Assembly: GCA_036172245.1 (NCBI GenBank) | Contig: JAYWIR010000016.1 | Location: forward strand, 1,612,001-1,676,000 | Direction of reading: 5' to 3' | DNA length: 64,000 nucleotides | Source: Raillietiella orientalis | Taxonomy: Eukaryota | In this document: in pieces, positions 1-12,000 of the stretch | How positions within the stretch are numbered: position 1 is the stretch's first letter | Layout: every line of letters starts with the position of its first letter | The notes under the pieces: model-generated | Told to the model about the DNA's origin: nothing | The model's input: the letters and a program-made list of their open reading frames with translations, nothing else | The model's database searches: none | Translations under genes and position numbers: made by a program

Positions 1-65
1 CTCCCAAATGCAGTGGACCGGTGAGGTCCAGGAATCTCTGGCAGCTCTGAGTGAGGGAAGAGCAC
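1..65 (-). CDS. stan: flamingo coding exon 14, partial (LamG1)
   Basis: RCSSLTQSCQRFLDLTGPLHLG after acceptor ctccacag; continues off-window. Confidence 0.9.
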   Translation of the reverse strand, partial: MLFPHSELPEIPGPHRSTAFG

Positions 66-3000
66 CTGTGGAGGGATGAAAAAAAAGAAAATGAAGAATC
101 CTCTTATGTCGAAGAATGGATGAGAGGGAAAAAAAAAAGTCTTCTCAACCTCGGTTCTAGAACGTGCTCCGTGCGGTTGATGCAAGAGAAATCGTCGGTG
201 AACCTGTCAAAGTGCGGCGGCAGGCTGACGCAGTCGTCCACGCTCAGGACCGCTACCTTTGAAAGCATGGCGTTCTTGCGGTTAACGGTCAGAGAGCCCT
301 CCTTACTCTATTCAGGTAATTCACCGACACGGTGTGCCACTGACCGTCGCTAACGCCACCGAGGGGACTGACGGTCACCTGATCGGTGGAAGACCCCAGG
401 GAGAAGGAAAACCGTATGCCCCTGTCGACTATCTCCAGGGCGACGAAGTCGTGTCTCTGGTTGTAGCGCCCGTTGTAGAGCAGGAGGCCGTTACTCCCCC
501 TGGTGGCGAACCTGGAGGAAGAACCCATGCAGACTGGAGGGAAGAGGGGAACGGGTCTCTTCACCTGAGCGACAAATGAAACCTGTTCCTCTTGTGCATC
601 CCTTCCAGCATGAGGAAGGAACCGTTCGCGAAGTTCCTCGCCTTGAGCTCGCAGAACTCGGTGGAAAATTCCAGCATGGTGCAGTTTTCGCAGATGATGG
701 CGCTGCCGGAGGGGGATGAGCACAGGGCGTCCGCCTTGCACAACCCTTCGTGGCACTGGTACACGGGCGTCTCGCAGGTTTCCCCTGGGGGCATAGTCAG
801 ACCGCTTGGATCGAACCTCCATGCTCCGCGAACCGGTAAATCCCGCGGGGCAAACGCACGTGAATCCCCTTTCCTTCCTCCTGCAGAGACCATGGTTCTG
901 GCAGGGGCTGGAGTAGCACAGGTTGATCTCGGCGTCGCACTCGTAGTATTCCTTCATCCCTGGAATGAGATCCGCCCTCTTGCCCGTGGAGCTTTTCCTT
1001 CCAGGCACCTGTAAACCCTTCGGGGCACTGGCATGAGAAGGTGTTCACCGGGTAGATGGGGCGGAACAGGATGTAGTCGGTGTTCACGAACGCACCCGCC
1101 CTCCCGAACTTCAGGACAGAGTGGCACTCCTCAAAGTTCAGGCATGGTTCTTGGACGCAGAGGTCGTCGTCGAAAGGCAGCACCTTCGGTGTGCGCGTCA
1201 GGCAAGCGCCAACCACCACCACCCTCCGCGGGAGCTCACCTCCACGGAAGCCAGGCGTCCCAGAGCGTGCCGGTTCAGGTACAGCTTTTCCTGGAGTCGG
1301 CGCGGGTCGTGGAACAAATCACGGGATCCGCTGGGAAGCTTGACGGAGAAACTCACGTTCAGGATGCTTTCCTCCACGTCGTGATCATCCTGGAAGCAGA
1401 GATGCCGAAGATCACTCATCGCTCAGGGAGAGAGGTGCGACGGCATCCTGTACGAACACCCCGGCTCCGTTCGCCTGGCGGTTCACGAAACTCTTTGATG
1501 CTGTCCATGAGACTCGAGGGTGCGTGTTAGCTCTTCAATTTAGGGGGTACCCCGGGGAGAGGCCACCCTATGAATCCAAGAAGGGCTCCGGAGAAAGGAG
1601 TCCGTTCCTCTGGCGCCTGAGAAAGAACCCCGGAGGCAACCTCTTCCTTATTCTCTCCGGCCCCTCCAGAGGGAGCTGCGAAAAGAACCTAGAAAGGTTC
1701 CGCTCCTGGAATTTCTTCTCCGGAAGGAACAAACATGGAAATGCTCCCTGTTTCCTCCTCTGAAGAGAACCCCGAAGGGACGCTTCCAAACTTTCTCTGA
1801 AGATGGAATATTTCCTCAGGAAGGACTCTGAAAGGTTTCCAATTCGGGAAAGGGGGGAAACGAAAGCTATCGATCCTCGAATTTCCTTCAGCTTCGTTGC
1901 AGAAAATGGAACCAGTCAGGGGTGCGCCCTGAAGAAGAGCCACTGTGCTTCGAAACCTTGTCGTAATGGAGGGGAGTGCATCGGAGGCTGGGACACCTAT
2001 TTGTGCGACTGTCCATTTGGGTGGGGGAGCGAGGACTGCTCCCAAACTGAGGGAAGAGTTTCGCGTAGTTCTTGTGTATGTGCGCGCACTCTCTGAGAGC
2101 TTTTCTTCGAAGGGAGCAGAGAGCTTCTTCACACTTTGGAGAGGCAGCTCCATGGTATGGCTCCATTTTCACAAGCGGAGGAGAACCGGGAACCCCGAAA
2201 GGGACGTGCTCCTTGATTTCTGGAAGGACCGCGGTGGGTCGCCTCCCAATCCCGCAACGGGGCATCCAGGTTTTCGGCCTTCGCCATTGCCGCACCCGAA
2301 TGCAGGACAACCAGCGTCATCATGCGGAAGGGTATTGAAACCCACGACGCACCCGTTTCTCTGACGTCGGCCCTTGACGAGTTTTCCAGCCCGCAACGCT
2401 TGGTTACGCGCGGAGGCTGCAGTCGCAAGACTTATTGAAAGCCTCTTCGACCCCGACGGAGGTTCAGTCTCTCGAGGATTCTAGGTGACCAAGGGGTCAC
2501 CGATGAGAGAGGGAGGTTCAGCGGTCGCGCACCGAAACGAGCTCGATCCTGAGGCAGAAAGCTGCATCCCTCGTAACCTAAGTGACGGATGAAAGGACAT
2601 TTTCCCTTCTTCAGTGAGTTCGGCGCTGGGTGACGCTTGCGTGGCGAGAAGGTCGCTGAGCCTGGCAGCGCGCGCACCCAGAAATCCGTTGAACATCGCG
2701 CTGTGGAGCCGAAGTTCTGACCCGTTGAAGAGTTTGCGGCAGGCGACTACCACCAGAGGAGCTGCCGACTTCAAGAAAGCACATTCTTAAACTCTTGCAA
2801 GCTCCGAAGAGTTCAAGAAAGTTCCCGGGCGGACGCTGCTACGGATGCTGTGCGCAGATGGTGCTCATTCTCGAGGATGCTGTTCACGAGCTCAAGAGGA
2901 ACTATGGTTACGGCACCGCGCGACGCAGGAACACAGGGCTGCGGCTGATCTCGTCGAGAACCGCTTCCCGGAAAGCGTTCGTTGCCGAAAGAAGGGGTTT

Positions 3001-6000
3001 TCCGCCTCTGACCCTGATCTCAGGGTCCTGAGAACGATTCTGAAAAAGGTGAACATTCCAAGAACGCAGCAAGTCGACGGGCAGTCCGACGTCGAACACA
3101 GCGCTGGGCATACCGGGCAGGACGCCTTCCGAACAACTGAGCACGGAGCCGCGCACTCGAGTGCACGGAAGACCACCCACCGCCAGCCTTCCGATCCGGT
3201 GGCGCTGCAGCCCAAGCGATCCGGTTCGGAGCAGTCGTAAGAAGCCGCCATGCTGAACGATGGGCCGTGGCTCCGAAAAAAAGTGAACTCGTTCGACGAG
3301 TCCCTCTCTTGGACAGGGAACATTCCTACTCTTCCATACCCCTCAAGAAACCAGCTCTTCGCCAACAACAAAAAAGCCCGAGAGGTTCGAGAAGGCGGTG
3401 GATGCTGTTGAGAATCTCTCCTCCTTTCATTTCTTTATGCGGTCTCGAATCTTTGGAACAGAACTGCCTCGTCAGGGGTCTCCCTTAAGAGGGTCAACCA
3501 TTCCCCTCAAGATGATCTTCAGTTCAGTGCTCTGCAAGCGGAAACGCTCTTTGAGAGGCCGGAGGTTTGTGGGAGATTCTTGTCCGGAACTCCCGCTACA
3601 GAAATCCACTGCCAACTTGCTGTCTTCGGGGACGAGGTGCTTGCAGACGACAAAGCCATATGACCGAATGAGGTTTTTTCCTCTTTCTTTTCTTGCAAAT
3701 GAGTTTCGGAGTCGGTAAGGAAAGGCGTTGCAGCAGTGAGGAACAAGGCTGTTCCTCCGCATACCGTAGACTTGCCAGCTCGTACAGCTAACGTGTAAAT
3801 CCGGCTCACGGCTTGAGTAGCAGCGGTGCATGCCTGCTGTTCGAACACGGAACTCATCTCGTGCCCAGCGCGGTGGTCATTGGACTAACCACGAAGACGG
3901 CCATGCATTGCTATTCCTCGAACCATTCTTGCGGGCGCCTTTCCGGATGAATGACGCGTTTTCCATCGGCGTTGTCCAATTCTTAGCCACAGGCTGTAGA
4001 GGATTCCCTCCGCGCGGTTAAGCAAGCATCGAAATGGCCATCGAAGGCATGTGATAGATACTTTGATAACCGCTGTTATCGTGGCAGCGGTCGATTTCGG
4101 TGGGATCAAGCAAAAAATGGAGAAAACCTTCACCTGCACATTGAAAATGATGACATCATCCTTCGGAACATTGATGACAGCAGCTAGGCCTTCCATGAAA
4201 TAGAAGAAGAGAGGTGACAGGAACTCTTGCTCGTTGATTTCATGTAGTCTTAACGTGATCGAATTAAATAGCATGTCTTCGGTCACTAGATGCACCCACA
4301 GGGTCAGTTCTGCAGCGACTTCATTGAGACCATCTAGAAGAGAAAAGAAAAAGCCGTCTCAGGCAATGGACGGGACGGGAAAGCATGGCTTCTTTAAGTG
4401 ATTCCTGCCAGCCCTAGCAAAACATGAAAAGAAGAACCGACGGACGAAAGAAATAATCTCTTTAGATCCATTCAGATGGGCGCGCAAAGATTTCTTCGCC
4501 CTCGTCCGACACTCGTGGACGCTGTCCGATCGGACCGTTCCAGGGGAGAGAGTGACGCGTGTTCCCGCGATCGATTCGGGAAGCAGCGCGCAGCAGCGGC
4601 GAGTGATTCCTCTCCATCACCTCTCCAGCGGCGAGTGATTGCCAAAAAGGCACGATTGCGCGCGCCAGCCTCGGACGGAAAAAATCACGAAGGCCAAACA
4701 TTCAAATCGTTTCCGAATGGCCTCTTCCCGAATTACTCGGACGAGAGCACACCGTTGCTGAGCAGAAAGGAACCTTGGAAGCACAAAGAGGTTCTCCAGA
4801 GCGTTTTCAGATGGAAATCGCCCGGGAACGCCGAGCGAGAGGGCAAGACCATAAATTTGGCAGAGTAGGCAGGAACTGGATCCGGAGCGCACGGGCTAGG
4901 TTCGAGGGGGGAGGAGACGTTCGGTAATTAAAATCCGTATGATGGGAGTCGGATAGGAGGCAGCTTCGTCTAAGGCCGGCCCGAAGGCGCTAGGGCCGCG
5001 AATGGCATGCCATCCTTGGGCGGGAGAAAGGTATGCAGAAGAATTTTCTTTCTTCCTTTCATCCGTTTCCACCTTTTTTGTTTTGGTCCTGCCATTTCTC
5101 GGTTGTTTTTGCAAGGACGACGACCGCGGATCAACGAAGCGGTCAGCTCGCGCTCGTGCGCGCTTCCGTGGCTTCGGCGCACCTACGAGGGCCGCCTCGT
5201 TTTCCGGCCCCCCGGCTTGCCAGCTGTCGCGGTGGGGGACGGCTGGAAATCAAGGGATTCGCCTTCCGTGGCCACGAACGAAGAACACGCGTGGGGGTCT
5301 CTGCGAAGATTCCGACAATCCTTCCTTCCTTCCATGTTCTCCTAAGCGTTATCCTCAAACTGCGGTGTCCAGTCATCTTCAGCTGCCCATCGGGTACGAT
5401 GAGCAGCGGGCAATCTCCCAATCACTTGGCTTCTATCGCAAAGTTCTTCTGCCTTTCGTTTAGAGCGCATGAATGCAGTTGGTGAAAGGAAACAGGAAAA
5501 AGGAAGCTGAAAAGAAGACATGAGTGAATAGCAGGATGAATGTGTGATCGAAGGCTTACGGATATGTGATGCTTCGAGCCATTTCGAAATCGGGAAATGA
5601 GGGACCTTTTAAGTCTCCAGGACGCACACGAGCGCGCGCGCGCGCACGCAAAAATCAAAGAAAGCTGATGAAGGCTTTGTAATTAACATGTTTTGCAGTC
5701 GGTCAGCAAATAAATACATTAAAAAAAACTGAGTCTCCTCAAAGTAGGATCATCACGGGGGAGAGGAAAAAATAAAAATAAAAACTGAATGGGGCATCGT
5801 TACGAAGTTTTCGGCTTCCGTAGAGAAGACGCTCTTCAGCCAAGCAGCAAGAGAGAAAGAACAGAACAGCGTCCTGCACGGACAGCGTGCGGTGCAAACA
5901 ACGGCTAGCCGGAAAGCGAAACCAAAATCCTGCAGACCTTTTTATTGATTTATTTTTTTTTGGTCAGCCTGTTTTTCCTTTTTTTTGGAGTCCACAAAAG

Positions 6001-9000
6001 CTAGCTTGTTCCTTGGTTTCGGAATTTTCCGGAAGGCATAGCAGCAGCGACACAGTCGAAAGCTGCTACCAATCGGAGACCTGCCGTCCGCTTTTGTGGC
6101 AGAAAGGCCGTGAATCTCCTTCACCCACGCACACGCCAGATGGGGACCTCACGAAGCGATCTTCTCCTGGTCGCAAACGTCCAAGATGAGGTGGACATTC
6201 GGACCCGCCGCATGCGAACGCGCGGTCTCATTTGCGGAATGGCGCCGCCGCGTGGGGCAATCCCCGAGGGAACGAAACGGCGAGCGATGTCCCCGAGCAA
6301 TCCTGCCCGTGGCCGGGGTTCGCGCGATGCACGTCGAAGGTTCTTCTCTCTCCATCCCACCCGAAGTGACGACGGACGTGTGAAGCGAGGCGCAAGGCCC
6401 GCATCTTGGAATTTGGCCTCGGGCGAGGGCGCCGAGCGATCGCCGGCAAATACGCTGGCGAGCGAGCTGATGCCAGGAGAGGACGAGCATCAGGCCCTGA
6501 GCGTCCGGTCCGTGACGTCACCCCCGGCATTTTCGATTCGACCGAAGGCGGTTTACGTTCTCGCGAAGGGTTCCTTTCTCCAGGCGGGGACCCCGAAGTG
6601 GAGAGAGGTCGCAGGACGTGGGGCTGATCTCCCCTGTTCCGTGCAAGGGCGGCTGCAGACGAACCCCGACCTCTCGGATAGGAAGGGTGCTCAGTTCAGG
6701 GGAATGCCTGCAGAGCTCCCCGGATCGAACGCTCGTTACGAGTCCCTACCCACCCTATAGACCGTCTTCATTTCCGCGAGCCGAAGCGCCCGCGTTCCCT
6801 TCCGTCTCCTCCTTCCTTCCGTGTGGAGAGGGGGGAGCGTCCTACCTGAAACGGCGACCTCCATCAGCGCCCGCATCGGAACGTTGGTGTTGAGCCTGGG
6901 GGACAGGCGGATGTCCCCGGTGGTGGCGTCCACGCTGATCAGGTTGGCCTTGTTCCCGGCGACCACTCTGTACTCGAGCTGGGCAAGAAGTTCATGTCCC
7001 GGCTCTTCCTTAGCCCGCGGGGGGCGGCCTACCTGGTCTGAGACGTCGGCGTCCGCTGCGGGCACCTTGCCCACGGGGCCCGTAGGAAAGTGGTTGCGGA
7101 AGTTGTTGAAGATCACGTGGAAGGAGGACAGTGTGGGGGCGTTGTCGTTGACGTCGGTCACACGTATCTCCGCAGGGACGTCCGTCCTCAAGGGAGGGCT
7201 TGACGCCCTCACCACCACGCGGAAGAGCGTCTTCCCGGACTCGTAATCCAGGTCCACCCGCGTCCTCAGCTCGGCCCCGCGCTCCCGGGGGACCAGGTCG
7301 ACACTGTCCGCGTCGGGGCCACCCACGATGGCGTACTCGACGACGGCGTTGGGACCCTCATCCGGGTCGAAGGCCTCGATGGTGCGGATGAGCGTGCCTA
7401 CAGGGGAGTTCTCCGGGACGGATAGGTCGAGGAGGGCCGATCCGAAGGTCGGCGGGCAGTCGTTGACGTCCTCCACGCTCACAGAGAGGGGGACCTCCGC
7501 CCGTAGCTCCGGGTGTCCGGAGTCCGAGGCCGCCGCCAGGAGCTCGTACCGCGCCACGTTCTCCCGGTCCAGGACCCTCTGAGTGCGAACGACCCCGGAG
7601 GTGGGGTCCACAGCGAAGGATCCGTTCCCGTCCCGAGGCAGGGAGTAGTGCACCCTGCCGTTCAGGCCCTGGTCGGGGTCTGTGGCGCGCACCCGTAAGA
7701 CGCTGGTGCCCGCGGGTAGGTTCTCCGCCACGGACCCCCGGTAAGCGTCCTGGGAGAAGGTCGGGGGGTTGTCGTTGACGTCCAGGACTAGGATCTCCAC
7801 GTCGGTCGTGTCGGATAGGCGCGGCGTGCCGCCGTCGTGCGCGGTCACAGTCAGCACGAAGCCTCCTGCGCGCTCTCGGTCCAGCGTCCTGGTCGTCCGG
7901 ATGGCTCCCGTGGACGGGTCCACCGCGAACTCCGCAGGGGAGTCCCCAGACAGCGAATACGTCACCCGGGCGTTTTCCCCGTGGTCCGCGTCCCTAGCGA
8001 CCACCACCAGGACCGTCGACCCAACGGGGACGTCCTCGGGCACGCTGGCGCTGTAGGGTGCCATCTCGAAGCTGGGCGCGTGCGTGTTCGCGTCCGACAC
8101 GTTCACGCGCACGGCGCACGTGTCCGAACGCCCCCCGCCGTCGGTCACCGTGACGGTCAGCACGAACGACTGGTCCACCTCGAACTCCAGCGGCTGGGCC
8201 AGGCTCAGGATGCCTTCCCCGTTCTGGGACGTCAGGGAGAACTTGCCTCTGTCGTTGCCGGCCGTGATGGAGTAGGAAAGGCGGGGATCCAGGTCCGCGT
8301 CCGTGGCAACCACCGTGACGACGGGAGTTCCTGCAAAGAAGAGAGACGAATGAGGGGATGAAAGAAATTTCAACCAGTCCGATCCGGGACGCCCATCATC
8401 CCATGGTGAAGGAGGGGACCCTGCCATCCCCCTTACCAGTTCCAATCAGATCCCACTTTCCCAAAAGGCTCGGGGTGCTCCGCCCCCTAGGCGCTGTGTC
8501 CTCTCTCCCTTTTTCCCAAGGACATTGCTTTCCCTCTTGCATTCCTCCATGCTTCGCTGCATCCCTTTTCTTTCCCAGATTCTCTCTGCCTTGTCTTTTC
8601 ACCGATAGCCCCCAGGCAGGGTCCCTAGACCTTTCCGCATTCTCTTCCACCCTGTCCCGAGAGGATGGTACAGGCAGCGAGAGCCCTCTCTTCCAAGTCA
8701 GTGCGCTCGTCTCCTCCTCGTTCGATGCCTCACTGGCGAAGCTGGTCATCCCGTCCCGGAAACTCTCAAAAAGTTTCATCACCCCCCTCCTCCTCCAAGA
8801 GCCCCCGGAAAGGAGCGAAGAACACCTCTCCTGCACCTTCTCTTCTTCTTCCCTCCTCACCTTCGCTCCTGTTCCAGTCGCCCTTCGGTAAGCGAGCGGT
8901 CCCTTCGCCCTTGGCGCAGCAGTGAGCCGCTGTTTTTCCGCAAGGCGCTTGGCGCGGATTCACCACCCTCCGGCCTTGTAGTTGGCGCCGCTGAGTCATT

Positions 9001-12000
9001 TCCGTTTGCCTCCTGAGTCCGCAGTTAAGCACGGTCCCCCCCTCTCGCCCTCCTCGGAAGAACAGCTGCCCTACGTGTGTCATCGCTCTTCATGCTGGGA
9101 GGGAGCCAGCGGGCGTCGCTCAATCCGCGAGGTCGCACACTCACCACCTTTGTGCGCGTTCAGAGGACTGTGCGGCACCTCCGTTTCGGGGCTGCGCGAC
9201 GGCCACCCCTCACTGAGCGGAGAATTCGCTCGGTGAAAGAGAAGGAAGCCCACAGGGAGATTCCACCTTCCCTCGCTTGAACATCCCTCCTCTGCCCTCC
9301 CTCCCCCATCAAGTCCTCTCGGGCAGATGTCCCACAGAGTCCATGCTCGATGGCGTCAAAAATGATCTCCTTCCGGAGCGTGCAGTGGGATGGGAAAGGG
9401 TGTGCACAGGAGCGGCCCTTCTTAGATTCCCTCCATGTACCTGGGTTCGTGTCCTCTGAAACGCTGACCTCGTAGACTTTGGACTGGAACACGGGGTCAT
9501 TGTCATTCTGGTCCTGGACACGTATGAAAAGATCAGCACTGGAATCCAAGGGCGGCTGGCCGTTGTCCCGCGCGTTCACCTGGGGAGATGAGCGCCCCGT
9601 TCCCATCAGCGGGCAGTGCCTAGCAGCGTACCTATCCCAAACCCCGCAAAAGATGTCCCGAGAAGAAGAGGGGGGAGGATTTGACAGAGGGGGCAGGAGA
9701 GGGAAGGGAAAGGAGAGAGTACGCGCGCCAACCTTGTACTGGTAGAAGTCCCTCTCTTCCCTGTCCAGCTCTCCGGAGGTGGTGATCCAGCCCGTCACGG
9801 AGTCCACGGCGAAGGGTCCATCGGGGGAGACCGGGGACAGGGAGTAGCGGACCTCCCCGTTCGGGCCGTCATCTGCGTCGTACGCCTGGATGCGGATCAA
9901 GCTGTAGCCCACGGGCGTGTTTTCGGCGACCGTCTCTTGGAAGAGGGGAGTGTAGAACCGCGGGGCATTGTCGTTTGCGTCCAGGACCTGCACCAGCAGC
10001 TGGGTCGTGTTGGAGCGGCTGGGGCTTCCTCCGTCTGGAACGCGAGGGAAGGGATGGGAGAGGGTGGGTCCCTGGTGGGAAACTCTCACCTTGCGTCCTC
10101 ACGACGAGGCGGTGGCTGCGGACCTGCTCGTAGTCGAGAGGCTGGAGAATAAAGACGTTCCCGGTTAGCGGGTCGATGGAGAAGAGGTTGTGGTTGTTGC
10201 CTCCGATGATGGAATACCTCAGCTCGGCGTTCTCGTCCTCGTCCGCATCCGTTGCCCTGGGAGAAGGCGGAGCTCAGAGAAGGGAAGGAGCAGGAAGAGC
10301 ACGTCGGACCATCTTCGGGAACGGAGGGAAGATCGGTGGCTCCACCTTTCTTCCTCCGACTCCCCCCTCCCTCATGTTCCATCCGCCGCCCGGCCCCGGC
10401 GTCTTTCGTGACGTTTCGTGGGTGCAGGAGGAGACCCTGCGTTTCTCCAATGTGCCTTCCCGCACCCAAGGAGGACTATCAAAACTCCCGCTCGTAGTGT
10501 CCCTGCCCCTCTGGGACGGCCGATCCTCCCAGGCACCTTAGGACAGCATCCCCTTTCCCCTGCAGTCGGAGGATCGGGGGGACGGTTCGCTGCCGTCCTC
10601 GAGATGGCCGCGAGCTTTCGGTCTGGAGGAATCCCTCGATCGCACCAAGGAGCATCGTGACTCCCTTGGCTGCTGCATCTCGTGGTTTCTTGGCGCAGGA
10701 GTCCGTTGTTCCGCGAAGAGTGCAGACCCCAGGGGAAGCCAGACCGCGAAGCAGGCTCCATTCGGATTGCGAGAGGCGAACTGCAGGTGGCAGGGAAGCT
10801 GTCCTCCCACAGCTTCTCATCCCTGAGCCTCCCGAAGGGATGGTTCATCTGTCTTGTCAGCGCCTACGAACGCATCCCCTCCTCCCTCCTCCCCTCGCCT
10901 CTCATCATGTTCCTTGCATTTTCGTTTCAGCTCCACCGCTCTCACTAGAAACTACGGGACAGGGAACCCATCTTCCTCCCTCCTCCCCATCCCGTTTGCC
11001 ACCTATTGGAAGCGGCCTTCCTGAAGACGGATGCGCTCCTTCCAGGGCTTTCTCTTCTGCAAACGCTGCTTGAAGTGGCCGGTGCCTCCTCTCTTCTTAA
11101 GCATGTCGTCTCTCCTATCACCGGCAGCTCGTTCTGCTCTCCCTCCGCCACCGCATGCGGCAGCGCCACAGGGGTTGCCAAAGCACCGGTCCTCCCGAAG
11201 CAGCAAGCTGCGACGCGCCTCTATTACCTGGACTGCCCTCCCCCTTCTCCCGGCGTTCCCCTCCTCCCCTTCTTGACGTGGCAGGTGAAGCGGGATAATA
11301 CGCGTCCCGAAGAATTGCCTCTTCATGCTCGACTACCCTTCTCGTTTGACGGCTCAGCGCCTCTGGCATGCGCCTGCGCATCCTTCAGGATACTGGGGTG
11401 ATTTCGCAGAGAAACCTGCAGGTCGCGAAGCCACCTCGACAAGAGAAAAATGGCGGCTACTCTTCATGAAGTGGTCCACGCGAAGCCAGTTGCCTTATGG
11501 CTGCTCTTGGCGATCACCTCTTTCTTTGTTGCTGCCCCTCCCCATCTCTCCCTTCGTTGTGCGACGGTGTTCCTGTGACGGTGGCTTCCACGCAACGTCT
11601 GCGATCTGTCTTCAGGGTCCCTAGCCCAAGGGGATGGTTGGTCTGACTTCCTGGCTCCCGCAGCAGCAGACTACGAGACCGAAGCCGTCAGACCTGAGGG
11701 TCCATTTCTCCGCCTCCAGGGACCCATGCTCCCGCGTTTGTTTCCTCCCCGCCTTCTTCCTTTTGCAGCTTCCGGAGCTGGATTCCCTCGCTCGACAAAG
11801 AGTCCTCTTTCTCACGTTCGATTTTCTCTGCTTCTTCCAGCCCTCTTCCGCATCAGAGAGGAAGAAGGGAAGGTGGGTGGAACCCTGCACTCCCATCTGT
11901 TTGGCAGGAGCAGTGGCTCTTCTCATCCTCAGCAACCAGGCGGGGGAACGAGGAATTCCTCCCGAACAGATAACCAACCCGAGTCTCCACCATGGCAACG

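Noticed and set aside
1803..2096. A separate plus-strand EGF-domain gene nested in the intron
   Set aside because: The donor is CT rather than GT, no partner exons are visible, and the segment interrupts a SINE; treated as a pseudo-exon.
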